Positions 49,772-60,996 of a stretch of DNA of 64,000 bases are shown here, piece by piece (position 1 is the first letter of the stretch; every line of letters begins with the position of its first letter). Both the position numbers and the translations under genes were made by a program. This stretch comes from Chloroflexota bacterium (GTDB taxonomy: Bacteria; Chloroflexota; UBA11872; VXOZ01). The notes under the pieces are model-generated. The model was not told the DNA's origin, made no database searches, and saw nothing but the letters and a program-made list of their open reading frames with translations. The stretch covers positions 1,952,001 through 2,016,000 of the forward strand of contig OZ219802.1 of assembly GCA_964291655.2 (NCBI GenBank). The letters run 5' to 3'.

Positions 49772-52700
49772 TTATCGATGCGTTCCCACCAGCACCTTCG
49801 ATTCCAGCAGCACCTCCAGCAGCGCATCCAAGCCGTCGCGCCATTTCTCTTCCTGACGTCCCACGTGCCAGCGGACCACGTTGCGGGTCAGGCGCACGTC
49901 GCCGCCAAACTCCTTGAATACGCGCATGCGGTCGAACACGCGCTCCTCGCGGAAGCGGATCACGAGCACGTCGTCCTCGAAGGCCAGCGAGAGGATGCCG
50001 TTCTCCGCCGCGCGGGCACGAAGCCGCAAGAGCGCCAGGATGTTCTTCACCGCCGGCGGCGGGGGTCCGAACCTGTCGCGGAGTTCTTCGGCAAATGCCT
50101 CGGTATCCGCCCTGCCATTTAGCGCAGCCGCCCGTTGGTAGAGCTTCATCTTGGTGCCCACCCCGCCCACGTATTCGTCCGGTATGTAGGCGGCAAGCGG
50201 CAGGTCGACAACGGTCTCCAGGGCTTGCTCCGGCGGCAAGTCTTCTTTGGGCTTCTGGCCGAGCATGGACTGCACCGTTTGTTGGAGCATCTTCGTATAG
50301 AGGTTGAGACCCACGGCGTTCACAAAGCCGTGCTGCTCGGATCCCAGCAGGTTGCCGGCGCCGCGAATCTCCAGGTCCCGCAGCGCGATCTTGAAGCCTG
50401 CCCCCAGTTCCGTAGCTTCCATGATGGCGTCCAGCCGCTTTTCGGCCTCTTCCGAAAGTTGCTTCACCGGGTTATAAAGAAAGTAGGAATAGGCCTGCAC
50501 GTCGGCGCGGCCCACGCGTCCCCGCAATTGGTAGAGCTGCGCCAGCCCAAAGCGCCAGGCGTCATTGACGATGAGGGTGTTCACGCGCGGGATATCCAGG
50601 CCGTTCTCGATGATGGTCGTGCTGACCAGAATGTCGAACTCGCCCTGCACGAAGGCGTGCATCACCTTCTCCAGGCGGTCGGATTCCATCTGGCCGTGGC
50701 CTACCGTGACCCGCGCCGTCGGCACGAGTTCGCGCACGTGGTACGCCAGTGAATAGATAGTCTCGATGTCGTTGTGCACCATGAAGATTTGCCCGCCGCG
50801 ATTGAGTTCTCGCTGGATCGCGTCGCGGACCAGGTCGTCATTGAAGGCGGTGACGTAGGTCTTAACCGCCAGACGGTTGGGCGGCGGCGTCTCGATGACG
50901 CTCAGGTCGCGAATGCCTGCCAGCGCCATGTGCAGCGTGCGCGGGATGGGAGTCGCGGAGAGCGCCAGCACGTCCACCTGCTTGCGCAATTGCTTGAAGT
51001 GCTCTTTCTGCGCCACGCCAAAGCGCTGCTCTTCATCGACGATGACGAGCCCCAGGTCTTTGAAATCAACGTCTTTGGAGAGCAACCGGTGGGTGCCCAC
51101 GGCAATATCGAGCGTGCCTGCGCCGAGGTCTGCCAGGTGCTGCTTAATCTCTTTCGGCGTGCGGAATCTGCTCACCAGACCCACCCGCACGGGAAACGGC
51201 CGCAGGCGGCTGCTGAGAGTCTCGTAATGCTGGAGTGCGAGCACGGTAGTGGGGACCAGCACGGCGACCTGCTTACCGTCGGCCACCGCCTTGAAAGCGG
51301 CTCGGATCGCCACCTCGGTCTTGCCGAATCCCACGTCGCCGCAGATGAGGCGGTCTGTAGGTTTGGGCTGCTCCATGTCGGCCTTCACTTCGGTAATGGC
51401 TTTCTCCTGGTCCGGTGTCTCCGCGTAAGGGAAGGCCTGTTCGAGCTGCCGCTGCCAGTCGGTATCGGCGGCAAAAGCGTGTCCGGGTTCGGACTCGCGG
51501 GCAACGGCGACGTCCACGAGGTCGTGCGCCATATCCACCACCGACTGCTGTGCGCGCTGCTTGGCGCGTTGCCACTCCTGCGTGCCCAAGCGTGAAAGAT
51601 TCGGCACACGCTCCCCCATGCCGATGTACTTTTCCACCCGGTCCATGTGGTCGGTGGGCACGTAGATGCGGTCGTCGCGGGCGAACTCCAGCACCAGATA
51701 TTCGCGCTCGCCGGAAGGACCGGGCATGCGGCTGATGCCGGCAAAGCGTCCGATGCCGTGGTCCACGTGCACCACGTGGTCGCCAACCTGCAGTTCGTCC
51801 AACAGCCGCTGACCGCGCACGGAGGGCCGCAGGCGGGCCGCCGTGGGCGGCCGCTTCCAGCCGAAGATCTCGGCGTCCGAGAGCACGAGTAAGTTCGCCT
51901 GCTCGCAGCGAAGACCTTCCGCCAAAGAGAGCGGCACCACGCTGATGCTGCCCGGCGGCGGTGAACTTGGCAGGGCCTCGTAAACTATGGGTGCGAGGTC
52001 GTATTCCAGGAGAATCTCAGTAACGCGCTCAACTTGCGTTGTAGCCAGCACGACGCGCATGCCCTGCCCGCTAAACTGCGCGACGCCCTTTGCCAGCCGT
52101 CCGGGACGACCGGCGTAGACCGGCAACACGTCGAGACCGTCGGTTTCATTCTCAATTTGGTCGCGCACGTCGAGTAGGGCGTATGCGTCTATCTGCTCTT
52201 GCACCGTGGCGGACGCATGATAGGATTCCGGCCAGTCGGCGGAGAGTTCGCCACCAGCAATAAGCCGGCTCTTGCGTTCAGCGGTCTGGGCTTCCAAGGC
52301 GGAGGCCGCGTCTTGCAGGTGTGCCGCATCTTCCATAAACAGCAAGCCCTGCGGCAGGTAGTGAAGCAGATTTGAGTCGAGAAAAGGCATGGTGTAGAAC
52401 GACGCGTGCTCAAAGAACACGCCTTCTTCCAACAGGCGCAAGTGGCGCTGCCATTGTTCGCGCACTTCCGGACGCAGGCCGCTATGGTCGAGCGCGCGCA
52501 CGTCGGCGGCAAAATCGACGCTGCGCCACGTCGGCACTTCATTGGCAGGAAGGACGGAGAGAGCGGTATGCTGCGCCGTGCTCCGCTGGGTTGAGACGTC
52601 AAAGGGGCGCACCGAGTCGATCTCGTCGCCGAAGAATTCGATGCGGATGGGGTGGTCTTCCGACGGCGGGAAGATGTCCACAATGCCGCCGCGACCGGTG

Positions 52701-53248
52701 AAGGTGCCGGGCTCTTCAACTTGCGGCATGGGTTCGTAACCGAAGCGAAGCAGGCGATTCTTGAGCGCTGCCGGGTCGGTGCGCTGCCCCGGCGCCAGCA
52801 CGAGCACGTGTTCGCCCAACTCCGCCGGCGACGGCAGCCGCTCGAACAAGGCGCGTACGGAGGTGATGACTACCGGATAGTCCCCGGCAGGCAGGTTGGC
52901 GCTTTGCCCCGCCAACAACGCGCCGAGCACGGCGATGCGCGCGCTGAGCGTGCTGGAGAAGTGGGGCAGGTTTTCGTAGGGCAGGTAGTCGAGTTCCGGG
53001 TAAAAGAGCACATTGGCTGGCTGCGGCGACCACGAGCAGAGCTCCTGGTAAAAGCGGTGCGCCCGGTCGCGGTCGGCACAGAGCATAAGCAACGGCTGCG
53101 CCGCTTGCTGCTGGGCGAGGGCAGCCAGTACCGGCCGCGCCCCCGCGCGGCATGCAACCTGCTGCGAACTGCTTGCATTTAGCCAGCGCTGCGCCTTCTC
53201 CGCCCACGGCAGAGGGGCCAGGAGCGCGCGAATGCCATCAAGATTCAT
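49772..53248 (-). CDS. mfd: Transcription-repair coupling factor
   Basis: [62 protein letters not shown]. Confidence 0.98.
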   Translation of the reverse strand: MNLDGIRALLAPLPWAEKAQRWLNASSSQQVACRAGARPVLAALAQQQAAQPLLMLCADRDRAHRFYQELCSWSPQPANVLFYPELDYLPYENLPHFSSTLSARIAVLGALLAGQSANLPAGDYPVVITSVRALFERLPSPAELGEHVLVLAPGQRTDPAALKNRLLRFGYEPMPQVEEPGTFTGRGGIVDIFPPSEDHPIRIEFFGDEIDSVRPFDVSTQRSTAQHTALSVLPANEVPTWRSVDFAADVRALDHSGLRPEVREQWQRHLRLLEEGVFFEHASFYTMPFLDSNLLHYLPQGLLFMEDAAHLQDAASALEAQTAERKSRLIAGGELSADWPESYHASATVQEQIDAYALLDVRDQIENETDGLDVLPVYAGRPGRLAKGVAQFSGQGMRVVLATTQVERVTEILLEYDLAPIVYEALPSSPPPGSISVVPLSLAEGLRCEQANLLVLSDAEIFGWKRPPTAARLRPSVRGQRLLDELQVGDHVVHVDHGIGRFAGISRMPGPSGEREYLVLEFARDDRIYVPTDHMDRVEKYIGMGERVPNLSRLGTQEWQRAKQRAQQSVVDMAHDLVDVAVARESEPGHAFAADTDWQRQLEQAFPYAETPDQEKAITEVKADMEQPKPTDRLICGDVGFGKTEVAIRAAFKAVADGKQVAVLVPTTVLALQHYETLSSRLRPFPVRVGLVSRFRTPKEIKQHLADLGAGTLDIAVGTHRLLSKDVDFKDLGLVIVDEEQRFGVAQKEHFKQLRKQVDVLALSATPIPRTLHMALAGIRDLSVIETPPPNRLAVKTYVTAFNDDLVRDAIQRELNRGGQIFMVHNDIETIYSLAYHVRELVPTARVTVGHGQMESDRLEKVMHAFVQGEFDILVSTTIIENGLDIPRVNTLIVNDAWRFGLAQLYQLRGRVGRADVQAYSYFLYNPVKQLSEEAEKRLDAIMEATELGAGFKIALRDLEIRGAGNLLGSEQHGFVNAVGLNLYTKMLQQTVQSMLGQKPKEDLPPEQALETVVDLPLAAYIPDEYVGGVGTKMKLYQRAAALNGRADTEAFAEELRDRFGPPPPAVKNILALLRLRARAAENGILSLAFEDDVLVIRFREERVFDRMRVFKEFGGDVRLTRNVVRWHVGRQEEKWRDGLDALLEVLLESKVLVGTHR

Positions 53249-53337
53249 CTACGCTGTTTCCTGCATCAATGCGAGGTTCCCAATGCACGTCGCAATAGCT
53301 AATCGGTATTGAGGGCGGACCGCAGGAGTTCTTGTGT

Positions 53338-53468
53338 GTGATTCCGAGCGCCTCACTTGTCACACCGAGCGCATCACTAGTCATTTCGAGCGCCTCACTT
53401 GTCACTCCAAGCGCCTCATTGGTCACTTCGAGCGCCCTATTTGTCATTTCGAGCGCAGCGAGAAATCT
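53338..53468. repeat. Five 21-bp tandem units ending in a complete GTCATTTCGAGCGCAGCGAGAAATCT REP
   Basis: Units start at 53338, 53359, 53380, 53401 and 53422. The full REP starts at 53443. Confidence 0.85.
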
Positions 53469-53633
53469 AAGAACTCCCGGCCTCAACCCAGCGATTTTGC
53501 ATTCCACGGGGCAGAAAGGCAAGGGGGCATTCGATTATAGATGATGTACAGCTTGAGTGCCACTTCCGAGTCTTCTTGCGATGTTAGTAGATATAGACGT
53601 GATAACTTGGCCGAGCTGCTTAATTGTCATTCC

Positions 53634-53874
53634 TGTAAGTGTTGAGTAATTAGTTGACAGAATTCCCTTTCCATTGTGAGGAGTTGACGCTGCATGTCAT
53701 TCCGAGCGCAGCGAGGAATCTAGAATCAATGTCGAACATGGTCCATACGGCTCAGTACTTTAGATTCCTCACTCCGCTGCGCTCCGTTCGGAATGACATG
53801 CATGCAGGCAGGCACAGAGTTCTGCTCCCAAGTTTCTTCTACCAAATCTGTCAACGAATTACCCGACATCTAGA
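53634..53874. mobile_element. MITE family A, copy 5
   Basis: ATTCC duplicated at 53629-53633 and 53875-53879. Interrupts a GTCATTCCGAGC..GCGTCGAACC REP. Confidence 0.85.
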
Positions 53875-54065
53875 ATTCCGAGCTCAGCGTCGAACCCGGT
53901 TCGCGGGATTTAAGAGTTCCTGCACTCTAGATTCTTCGTTGCTGCGCTCCTCAGAATGACAGATGAGGTGCGGCTTTGAGCGTGAGTGCGTGCGATGTGT
54001 CGCATTTCCGTACGGTGTAAGCCCAATTCTGCTAATGCTGGATTTCTCGTTACCAGGTCGACAAA

Positions 54066-54719
54066 CTACGCTTCCGGCGGCGCTGCCGGCTGCGGCTCTT
54101 TACAAGAGCTCGTCTGAGCGGCTGTCGTAGCGCGCCTATTGAAGCGCGTCATAGTCTTTTCTAGACCCTCAGTAACGAGGCTCAGCGCGGCTTCCACTGT
54201 CCGCTCTATCGTCTTTTCGATCTCAGGCTGCTCCTCTGGCAAGAAATCGCTGAGCACATGGGCAATTGGGTCCATTCCTGCCGGCGGACGTCCCACGCCG
54301 ATGCGCAGGCGCACGAATTCGCGGTGGCCCAATGCGTCAATGACTGATTCGATGCCGCGATGCCCGCCGTGGCTCCCGCCGGCGCGGAGGCGCAGACGCG
54401 CGAACTCCAGGTCTATGTCGTCGTAGACCACCGCAATGTTGTCCGATGGGATCTTATAGAACCGCGACGCTGCGGCGACAGCAGAGCCGCTAGCATTCAT
54501 GAAAGTAGTCGGTTTGAGAAGCAGCATGGCATTCCGGCCCACCATCGCTTTACCAAACCAGCCCTTAAAGCGCCGGTCCGAGACGGACACGCCGGTCTTG
54601 GCCGCAATGCGGTCGAGCACGTGAAAGCCGACGTTATGGCGGTTGGCGGCATATCTCTTCTCTGGATTGCCCAGCCCGACGATGAGCCAGCGGGTGGGGT
54701 CTTCCGGTGTCGCTGTCAT
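54066..54719 (-). CDS. pth: Peptidyl-tRNA hydrolase
   Basis: LIVGLGNP, RHNVGF, KPTTFMNASG, YDDIDL, GGHRG, RLRIGVGRP. Confidence 0.97.
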   Translation of the reverse strand: MTATPEDPTRWLIVGLGNPEKRYAANRHNVGFHVLDRIAAKTGVSVSDRRFKGWFGKAMVGRNAMLLLKPTTFMNASGSAVAAASRFYKIPSDNIAVVYDDIDLEFARLRLRAGGSHGGHRGIESVIDALGHREFVRLRIGVGRPPAGMDPIAHVLSDFLPEEQPEIEKTIERTVEAALSLVTEGLEKTMTRFNRRATTAAQTSSCKEPQPAAPPEA

Positions 54720-54816
54720 CTGAATACCTGGATTAGCTTTTCAATACGCATATCTTTTTGAGGATTCCCCTCACGCCCGTTTCGAGTACGGGGCAGGCTC
54801 TAACCCTCTCCCCCAG

Positions 54817-55050
54817 GAGACCTTTGCGCAACTCAAGCGGTAGCAAAATAGTTCCCTCTCCCTCGACGGGAGAGGGCTAGGGTGAGGGTGGATCTCCTGA
54901 AATCTCTCCATATGCACACCAAATCTGCCCTGATACGTCTTGACACTGCCCAGCGTAAAGGGCCATCGTAGCAAAAAGACCCCCTCACCCCAACCTTCTC
55001 CCCCAGGAGAGGGAGTGCCCTGCTTGAAAGTGGGGTTATGCAAAGGTCTC
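54817..55050. mobile_element. MITE family B copy without the nested element
   Basis: GAGACCTTTGCGCAAC..GTTATGCAAAGGTCTC. CCCAG duplicated. Core nearly identical to 47765-48293. Confidence 0.85.
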
Positions 55051-55392
55051 CCCAGGGAGAGGGAACCGGAAAACGTAGCGCGGGGGCGTGTCCCCCGCTC
55101 CGGTAGCTAGTTGCCCCGCACAGGAAGATGGATTCCCGCTTTCGCGGGAATGACGAATCAAAACTCCGACTTACCCGACAAATTCCATTGTCACCCAATG
55201 GCGTTGGCTCCGTTCGTGGCCCAGGGGCGTGTCCCCCGCTCTTGTTCACCTTCAGCAAGCACCATCTCAAGTGTCTTAAGGACTCCCCTCACCCTAACCC
55301 TCTCCCCAAGGAGAGGGGATCAGAGGCCATGGCGTGGGGGCGTGTCCCCCGCTCTGGTGCATCTTCAGCAATCACCGGCACGAAATTCGCAT

Positions 55393-56286
55393 CTAACTTC
55401 CAATCAGCAGGCCGTCCGCTTTCACCGCCTGATACAGCGCGAACCATGCATCGAGCGAGAGTTCCTGCGGACGGCACTGCGGAGAGATTCCCGCTTCTTC
55501 TAGCAGCCAGCGCATATGCTCGTCATCAATCCGGAGGAGCGAGCGGACGGAGTTATGTACCTGCTTGCGCCGCTGGGAGAAGCCCGCCTGGGCGAGTCGC
55601 AGCACGTCAGGCACCGCTTCTACGGGAAAATACGGCTGTGGGCGCTTCACCACTTCCACCACGGCGGAGTTCACCTGCGGCGGAGGAAAGAACGCCTGCG
55701 CGGGTACGGCAAAGAGGTGGGTGGTCTCCGCATAGGTCTGCATAAGCAGGGAGAGATAGCTCATGTCGCCCGGCGCTGCACTGACCCGCGCCGCAACTTC
55801 CCGTTGCAACATCACGACCATACGTTGCGGACCGGCCGGATGCACTATGAGTTGCCTGATCACCGGGGTTGCCACGCTGTAGGGCAGGTTCGCCGCCAGC
55901 ATGTACGGTGATTCTCCAAAGTAAGGGGAGGGATCAAACGCCACGGCATCCTGGTGGACCATCTCGACGTTTGTATGGAAAGCCAGTGTAGCGTCCAGCA
56001 AGGCTAACATGCGCGCATCGATTTCCACAGTCACCACCCGCTCGGCCACGTCCGCGAGGCAAACGGTAAGACTGCCCAAACCGGGTCCGACCTCCAGGAT
56101 GCGGTCGTGGTCTCCCTGCTGCACGTGCCGCATGATCGCGCGCAGCACGCCCGCGTCAGCCAACAGGTGCTGGCCGAGCTTGCGGTTCAGGCGCAAGTCC
56201 ACCTGACGCAGCAGCATGCGCATCGTGCGCGGACGGCACAGATCGCGTGCTTGCGCGGGAATGTCAAAGACCTTGGAATTAAGCAT
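55393..56286 (-). CDS. rsmA: 16S rRNA m6,2A dimethyltransferase
   Basis: KLGQHLL, LEVGPGLGSLT, VEID, ANLPY, MLQREVA, FFPPPQVNSAV, FSQRRK. Confidence 0.96.
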   Translation of the reverse strand: MLNSKVFDIPAQARDLCRPRTMRMLLRQVDLRLNRKLGQHLLADAGVLRAIMRHVQQGDHDRILEVGPGLGSLTVCLADVAERVVTVEIDARMLALLDATLAFHTNVEMVHQDAVAFDPSPYFGESPYMLAANLPYSVATPVIRQLIVHPAGPQRMVVMLQREVAARVSAAPGDMSYLSLLMQTYAETTHLFAVPAQAFFPPPQVNSAVVEVVKRPQPYFPVEAVPDVLRLAQAGFSQRRKQVHNSVRSLLRIDDEHMRWLLEEAGISPQCRPQELSLDAWFALYQAVKADGLLIGS

Positions 56287-56314
56287 GTCTCACGTCTACG
56301 CGGTAAGCAGCGCC

Positions 56315-56537
56315 CGGTAGCGCAGGTTTGCAACTTGTGGGTACTCCCGGGTAGCGCAGTTCAGCAACCGGCAGTCCCATCCGGCAAGGCAGGTCCGGGT
56401 CACCAACACCTTCCGGTAGCGCAGGTTTGTAACCTGCGGGTACTCCCGGGTAGCGCAGTTCAGCAACCGGCAGTCCCATCCGGCAAAGCAGGTCTGGGTC
56501 ACCAACACCTTCCGGTAGCGCAGGTTTGTAACCTGCG
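56315..56537. repeat. About 2.3 tandem copies of a 99-bp unit built from GTAGCGCAGG REPs
   Basis: CGGTAGCGCAGGTTTG.AAC.TG recurs at a 99-bp period, with near-identical intervening sequence. Confidence 0.85.
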
Positions 56538-56645
56538 TCGTCACAGTCTTGCACCGAAACGTGACCCCTGTAGTGCAGAACGCCCTTAGTTCTTATAATA
56601 CCGTAGAGACGAGAACGACATTCTTCCACGTAAAGGAGCAGAACC

Positions 56646-57368
56646 ATGCGGGTGCAGGCAATCGGCGCGCATCCTGACGACATCGAGCTGCTGTGCGCGG
56701 GCACACTGGCAAAGTACGCGGCGCAGGGGCACCACGTGACGATGTGCTACGTGTGCAACGGCGGGCTGGGCCACGTGGAGATCATGCCGCCCGAACTCAA
56801 AGAGGTGCGCAAGCAGGAGTCAAAGAACAGTGCCGACGTGATCGGCGCGGACTTTCAATGGCTCGACATCGACGACGCGGACGTGCGCCAGAGTACCAAC
56901 GAGGCGCTGGCGCGTTTGGTCGACGCCGTGCGCGCGGCCCAGCCGGACGTGATCATCACCCACGCGCCCAACGATTACATGGACGATCACCGCTTGGTGG
57001 GCGAACTGGTGCTCAAGGCGAGCTTCGACGCCACTATTCCCCATCTTGTTTCGAAGCAGGAGAATCCGGCACAACTCGTGCCCATCTTCCACATGGATAC
57101 CCTGATGGGCGTGGACTTTCTGCCGGAAATGTGGGTGGACATTAGCGAGACCATCGAGATTAAGCGGCAGATGCTCGCGTGCCATGAGAGCCAGTACGCT
57201 TGGCTGAAAGAACATGACAACATCGACTACATCGATTCCATGGTCACGGTGGCGAAGTACCGGGGCTTGCAGGTCGGCACGCCGTATGCGGAAGGCTTCC
57301 GACAGGTGCGCGTCTGGGGCCGCACGACCACCGTGCCGCTGCTGCCGACGGACATCGCCCGCGGGTAG
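56646..57368 (+). CDS. PIG-L/LmbE-family deacetylase
   Basis: AHPDDIE, PDVIITH..DYMDDH, HESQ, YAEGF. AAGGAG RBS. Confidence 0.93.
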   Translation: MRVQAIGAHPDDIELLCAGTLAKYAAQGHHVTMCYVCNGGLGHVEIMPPELKEVRKQESKNSADVIGADFQWLDIDDADVRQSTNEALARLVDAVRAAQPDVIITHAPNDYMDDHRLVGELVLKASFDATIPHLVSKQENPAQLVPIFHMDTLMGVDFLPEMWVDISETIEIKRQMLACHESQYAWLKEHDNIDYIDSMVTVAKYRGLQVGTPYAEGFRQVRVWGRTTTVPLLPTDIARG

Positions 57369-57464
57369 CAAGGTACGGGCCGCAGTCGCTGCTGGATAAT
57401 GAGAACTCAAGTTGCTTTTCCGGCGCAATTGCAACTTTCAGATCGAAAAGTGTCAATTATGTCG

Positions 57465-57686
57465 TCAATCGCAACCAGAGTACTGAGTGGTAGGCGGTGG
57501 CAGCGGCTTGCCGTCAACGCGATAGAGGTGGATGACTTCGTCTACTATCTGGCGCAGTTCCGCGAATACCTGCCATTTGTCGTCGCCATGGCAGCCGCCG
57601 TAAAACAGGCCCGGAGCGCTGCCCACATAGCACTGATCGTCCTCCGACCACTCGACGACTTTGGCGTAGCGGGCACTATCTTTCAT
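57465..57686 (-). CDS. HicB-like antitoxin
   Basis: VEWSEDDQCYVGSAPGL..GCHGD..DGKPLPPP. Confidence 0.8.
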   Translation of the reverse strand: MKDSARYAKVVEWSEDDQCYVGSAPGLFYGGCHGDDKWQVFAELRQIVDEVIHLYRVDGKPLPPPTTQYSGCD

Positions 57687-57762
57687 TTCTGGACTACTCT
57701 ATCGTGGCATTCACGGCACGGACTTGGTAGTTCTTCGCGTCACTGCTTGGACTGCCATGACG

Positions 57763-58746
57763 TCAGACCAACTCCCGGTTTACGAAGTAGCACCCACCTT
57801 CATTACACTTGTTCGGATAAAAACACTCTCGTTCTGGCTTGTTCGGACACATTACCCTTTCCGCTTCTGCCACGCAGTGTGGGCACTCCCTATCACCGTC
57901 GTAGTCAAAGTATTCGCCGTGGGTCAAGCAAATCCGTGTAGCGCATTTGTCGCAAGGACCGTATGACTCTTTTTCCGCCTGAGGCAGGTTAAACCTGTCA
58001 TGGTACGGGTCCTGGTACAAAAACCAGTTCCCTTGTATTTGGTCACAACTGGTACACACGTTAGCCAAGTACTTTGCTCCGACTGTGGCACTGAATCTTC
58101 GTTCTAGGGTCACGCCGCTGTCCCGGACAAAGTCTAACTCCTCTTTGGTGAATTCATCCTGCTCTAGGGCTTGGCCGTCTTTGTAGCCAGTAGCAACTTT
58201 GATGTTTTGCTCACAGTTCCAACAGTCTTTGAGACTGACAGCAACCGTTCGCAGTGGTAGCGGAGTGGAGCAGTCTATGCACTTGGGTCGCTGGCAAAGC
58301 AGATTGTGTGCATCAATGTTGAGCCGCTTTGCTGCGAGGTCTTCAAGCCTTGCCTTTACGTTTAGCGAGGCATCAAGAGCGCGGTTGCGTCTCTCCCCAA
58401 CGAATTCTCGTGGCGCATTCAGGTGGAACTCAACGACTTCAATGTTGTTCCCCACTGCATATTCGTGGACATTACTTTCGGGAATGTGCTTGTCCGCTAT
58501 TTCTATGAATCTGATCGGATTCCAATCTATATCAAACATGGACAGATCGGGGCGAACCGTTCCTACACTCTTGTTTCTTTCGACAGTTGCTACGTTCTCA
58601 ACTAGGTTGATGATAAGTTCCTCCCTACATTCGTTGCACATTGCGGTAGCTGGCAGGCTTTTGCCTAGGTTCACTCTGATGTGCAACTCAAGTATGGAGA
58701 CTGCACGCTCGTGCGGTGTCTCTCTTATTTGACTTCTCTTGGCCAC
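57763..58746 (-). CDS. Cys-rich hypothetical protein with a PD-(D/E)XK-like (CoiA-like) segment
   Basis: RPDL..FIEIADKH plus several CxxC pairs. Low GC. Confidence 0.65.
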   Translation of the reverse strand: MAKRSQIRETPHERAVSILELHIRVNLGKSLPATAMCNECREELIINLVENVATVERNKSVGTVRPDLSMFDIDWNPIRFIEIADKHIPESNVHEYAVGNNIEVVEFHLNAPREFVGERRNRALDASLNVKARLEDLAAKRLNIDAHNLLCQRPKCIDCSTPLPLRTVAVSLKDCWNCEQNIKVATGYKDGQALEQDEFTKEELDFVRDSGVTLERRFSATVGAKYLANVCTSCDQIQGNWFLYQDPYHDRFNLPQAEKESYGPCDKCATRICLTHGEYFDYDGDRECPHCVAEAERVMCPNKPERECFYPNKCNEGGCYFVNRELV

Positions 58747-58983
58747 CGGCCTATCTCTAACGGTTCAGTCGCTATTCGGATCTCTGTTATTGGATTGCAT
58801 GTGAGATTTTCCCCTGACAACGCAAATAGCAACCCATGCAATTCCAATTTGGAAACCGGTCCACGAATGCTTGGCGACAAGTCTGGATTCCAGATAAACG
58901 GCAAGCTGCAGTGCTTAGGGACAGAGGAAAGGTTGGCAACTGCTCCGGCTCCACATGAGGCGTAGCCGTGAGCACTCCGAACT

Positions 58984-59057
58984 TGGCTGGGGAACCAGGA
59001 TTCGAACCTGGACTTATGGATCCAGAATCCACTGTCCTACCATTAGACGATTCCCCA
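58984..59057 (-). tRNA. tRNA-Gln (anticodon CTG)
   Basis: TGGGGAATCGTCTAATGGTAGGACAGTGGATTCTGGATCCATAAGTCCAGGTTCGAATCCTGGTTCCCCAGCCA folds as a cloverleaf. CCA is encoded. Confidence 0.97.
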
Positions 59058-59409
59058 TGGCAGCCGCCGCTAGTGCGACCATTTTCATGGTACTAAGTGG
59101 CTTTGGCTCGCGTCAACAGACAAGGTGGTGCTTTATGCTCCACCAGCCAAACGAGAGCGATATGAGGTTTGGTCCGTCATTAGTAAGTTGAAGAAGGCGG
59201 GCACATGAGCGGATACAAGAAGGAAACGCGAGGGCAAGTTTTCCGTCATTTCCGCGATAAGCCTGCCCCGTACTTGATACGGGGCGGGAATCCATCTTCC
59301 TCTGGCTCATTGCCGTCCACTCGGTTGCAGGCCTAGGACACACTTCCCTCACGCCGTCCCCTGGACTCCGGCTTTCGCCGGAGTGACGGTGCGGTTGGTC
59401 CGCCGCAAT

Positions 59410-59665
59410 TGTAGATGTCAGGTAATTCGTTGACAGATTTGAGAACAAAAGCAGCTGAACGCAGTACTCTACATGAACAGTACACATGTCATTCCGAGCG
59501 GAGCGTCGAACCCTGTTCGCGGAATCTAGGGCCCATGCAACGTGTCGCCCAATAGGCTCAACATCTTAGATTCCTCTCTTCGCTGCGCTCCGTTCGGAAT
59601 GACATGATCTGTCAACACTGCCAATTTGGGAGAGAATTCTGTCAACGAATTACTCAACACTTACA
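59410..59665. mobile_element. MITE family A, copy 6 (arms in opposite orientation to copy 1)
   Basis: GCAAT duplicated at 59405-59409 and 59666-59670. The target is GTCATTGC on the minus strand. Confidence 0.88.
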
Positions 59666-60140
59666 GCAATGACCAATGGGTAGAGGCACGACCTGTGGTG
59701 CCCCTCACCGCGTCCGGCCCTTCCGGTAGCGCAGGTTTGCAACCTGCGTCCGCCGGCGTGCTGACCCCTCTTGTCGATTTACGTGACAAGTATCAGGCAT
59801 GAACTTGGCGCCACGCCAAGCTGGGTCCGATCACGACACGCGCAAATCTGCGACCGTCATCGCTGCGACCCTGCGCCGGGTTCAGGACAGGCAAGGGCTT
59901 CGCGCAGCACGCAGCACGAACGGACTTCTCGGTCTGTGGAGTCTTGGAGATGCCGCCCCCTAAGCAAGACGATACCCCGTTGGCCGGCCATGCCTCTGAG
60001 TCGGATTCATGGTTAAATGTGGGATGCGTTCGCCCGCCTTCGCTACAATAGGGACGGAAGGCGGGCCGCAAGACATGCCGTGGATCAGACGACGCTGAAA
60101 TGCGGAGCAAGCGAAGGGTCACATTGGAGGGGAATCAACC

Positions 60141-60890
60141 GTGCGGCGTTTTGAAGACCAGGTAGCCATTGTCACCGGCGCCGGCAGCGGCATTGGCTTG
60201 GGGATTGCCGAGCGGCTGGGGAGCGAGGGCGCGCGGGTGCTCATCACCGACATTGACGGAGCGGTTGCCGATCGTGCCGCGGCGGGGCTGGCGGCGCAAG
60301 GCATCGCAGCGCTGGCGATGAGCGGCGACACCGCCGAGGAGTCAACGGCTGAACGCGCGGTGGCCCAGGCCATGGATGCCTGGGGGCGCATCGACGTGCT
60401 CATGAACAACACCGGCATCATCGGCAATACCGCGCCGCTGTGGGAACTGCCGGTGAGCGAGCTCGACCGCGTCTATGCGGTGAACCTGCGCGGCACCTAT
60501 CTTTTCTGCCAGCATGCCATTCCCCACATGCTCGCCCGCGACTACGGCCGCATCGTGAACATGGCGTCGATCGCGGGCAAGGAAGGCAACCCCAACATGG
60601 TGCCCTATTCAGCAACCAAGGCCGCCATTATCGGCCTCACCAAGTCGCTGGGCAAAGAACTCGCGGAGACCGGTATCCGCGTAAACTGCCTCACGCCCGC
60701 CGTCGTCCGTACGCCCATCTGGGAGCAGACCACGGCGGCGCAAATGGACATGCTGTTGGCCCGCATTCCCATGAAGCGCAGCGGCGAGATCAGCGAGGTA
60801 GCGGCGCTGGTGGCGTGGCTGGCGTCGGCTGAGTGCTCGTTTAGCACCGGCGGCGTCTTCGATCTCAGCGGCGGCCGGGCAACGTACTAA
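60141..60890 (+). CDS. Short-chain dehydrogenase/reductase
   Basis: TGAGSGIG, NNTG, ASIAGKEGNP, YSATK, FDLSGGRATY. Confidence 0.95.
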   Translation: MRRFEDQVAIVTGAGSGIGLGIAERLGSEGARVLITDIDGAVADRAAAGLAAQGIAALAMSGDTAEESTAERAVAQAMDAWGRIDVLMNNTGIIGNTAPLWELPVSELDRVYAVNLRGTYLFCQHAIPHMLARDYGRIVNMASIAGKEGNPNMVPYSATKAAIIGLTKSLGKELAETGIRVNCLTPAVVRTPIWEQTTAAQMDMLLARIPMKRSGEISEVAALVAWLASAECSFSTGGVFDLSGGRATY

Positions 60891-60996
60891 TGGAAGGTCT
60901 TGCTACCGTACACACAAACATGGAATGCGGGTGCATTGCGTAGGTGAACGATACCCCTTAGGCGGGGGCACTAATTTAAGCGGTCAAACGAACACT

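Noticed and set aside
53238-53522. ORF with heptad repeats (EALEMTS) upstream of mfd
   Set aside because: It is a translation of the 21-bp REP-derived array, has no RBS, and is not in frame with mfd.
57396-57414. Fur-box-like GATAATGAGAACTCA
   Set aside because: Half-site match only, located between convergent gene ends.
57370-59060. Integrative element or prophage at tRNA-Gln
   Set aside because: No integrase, phage genes or att duplication of the tRNA 3' end is visible.
59770-60120. 350-bp gap before the SDR gene as a possible ncRNA
   Set aside because: No recognisable RNA family motif or convincing structure by eye.
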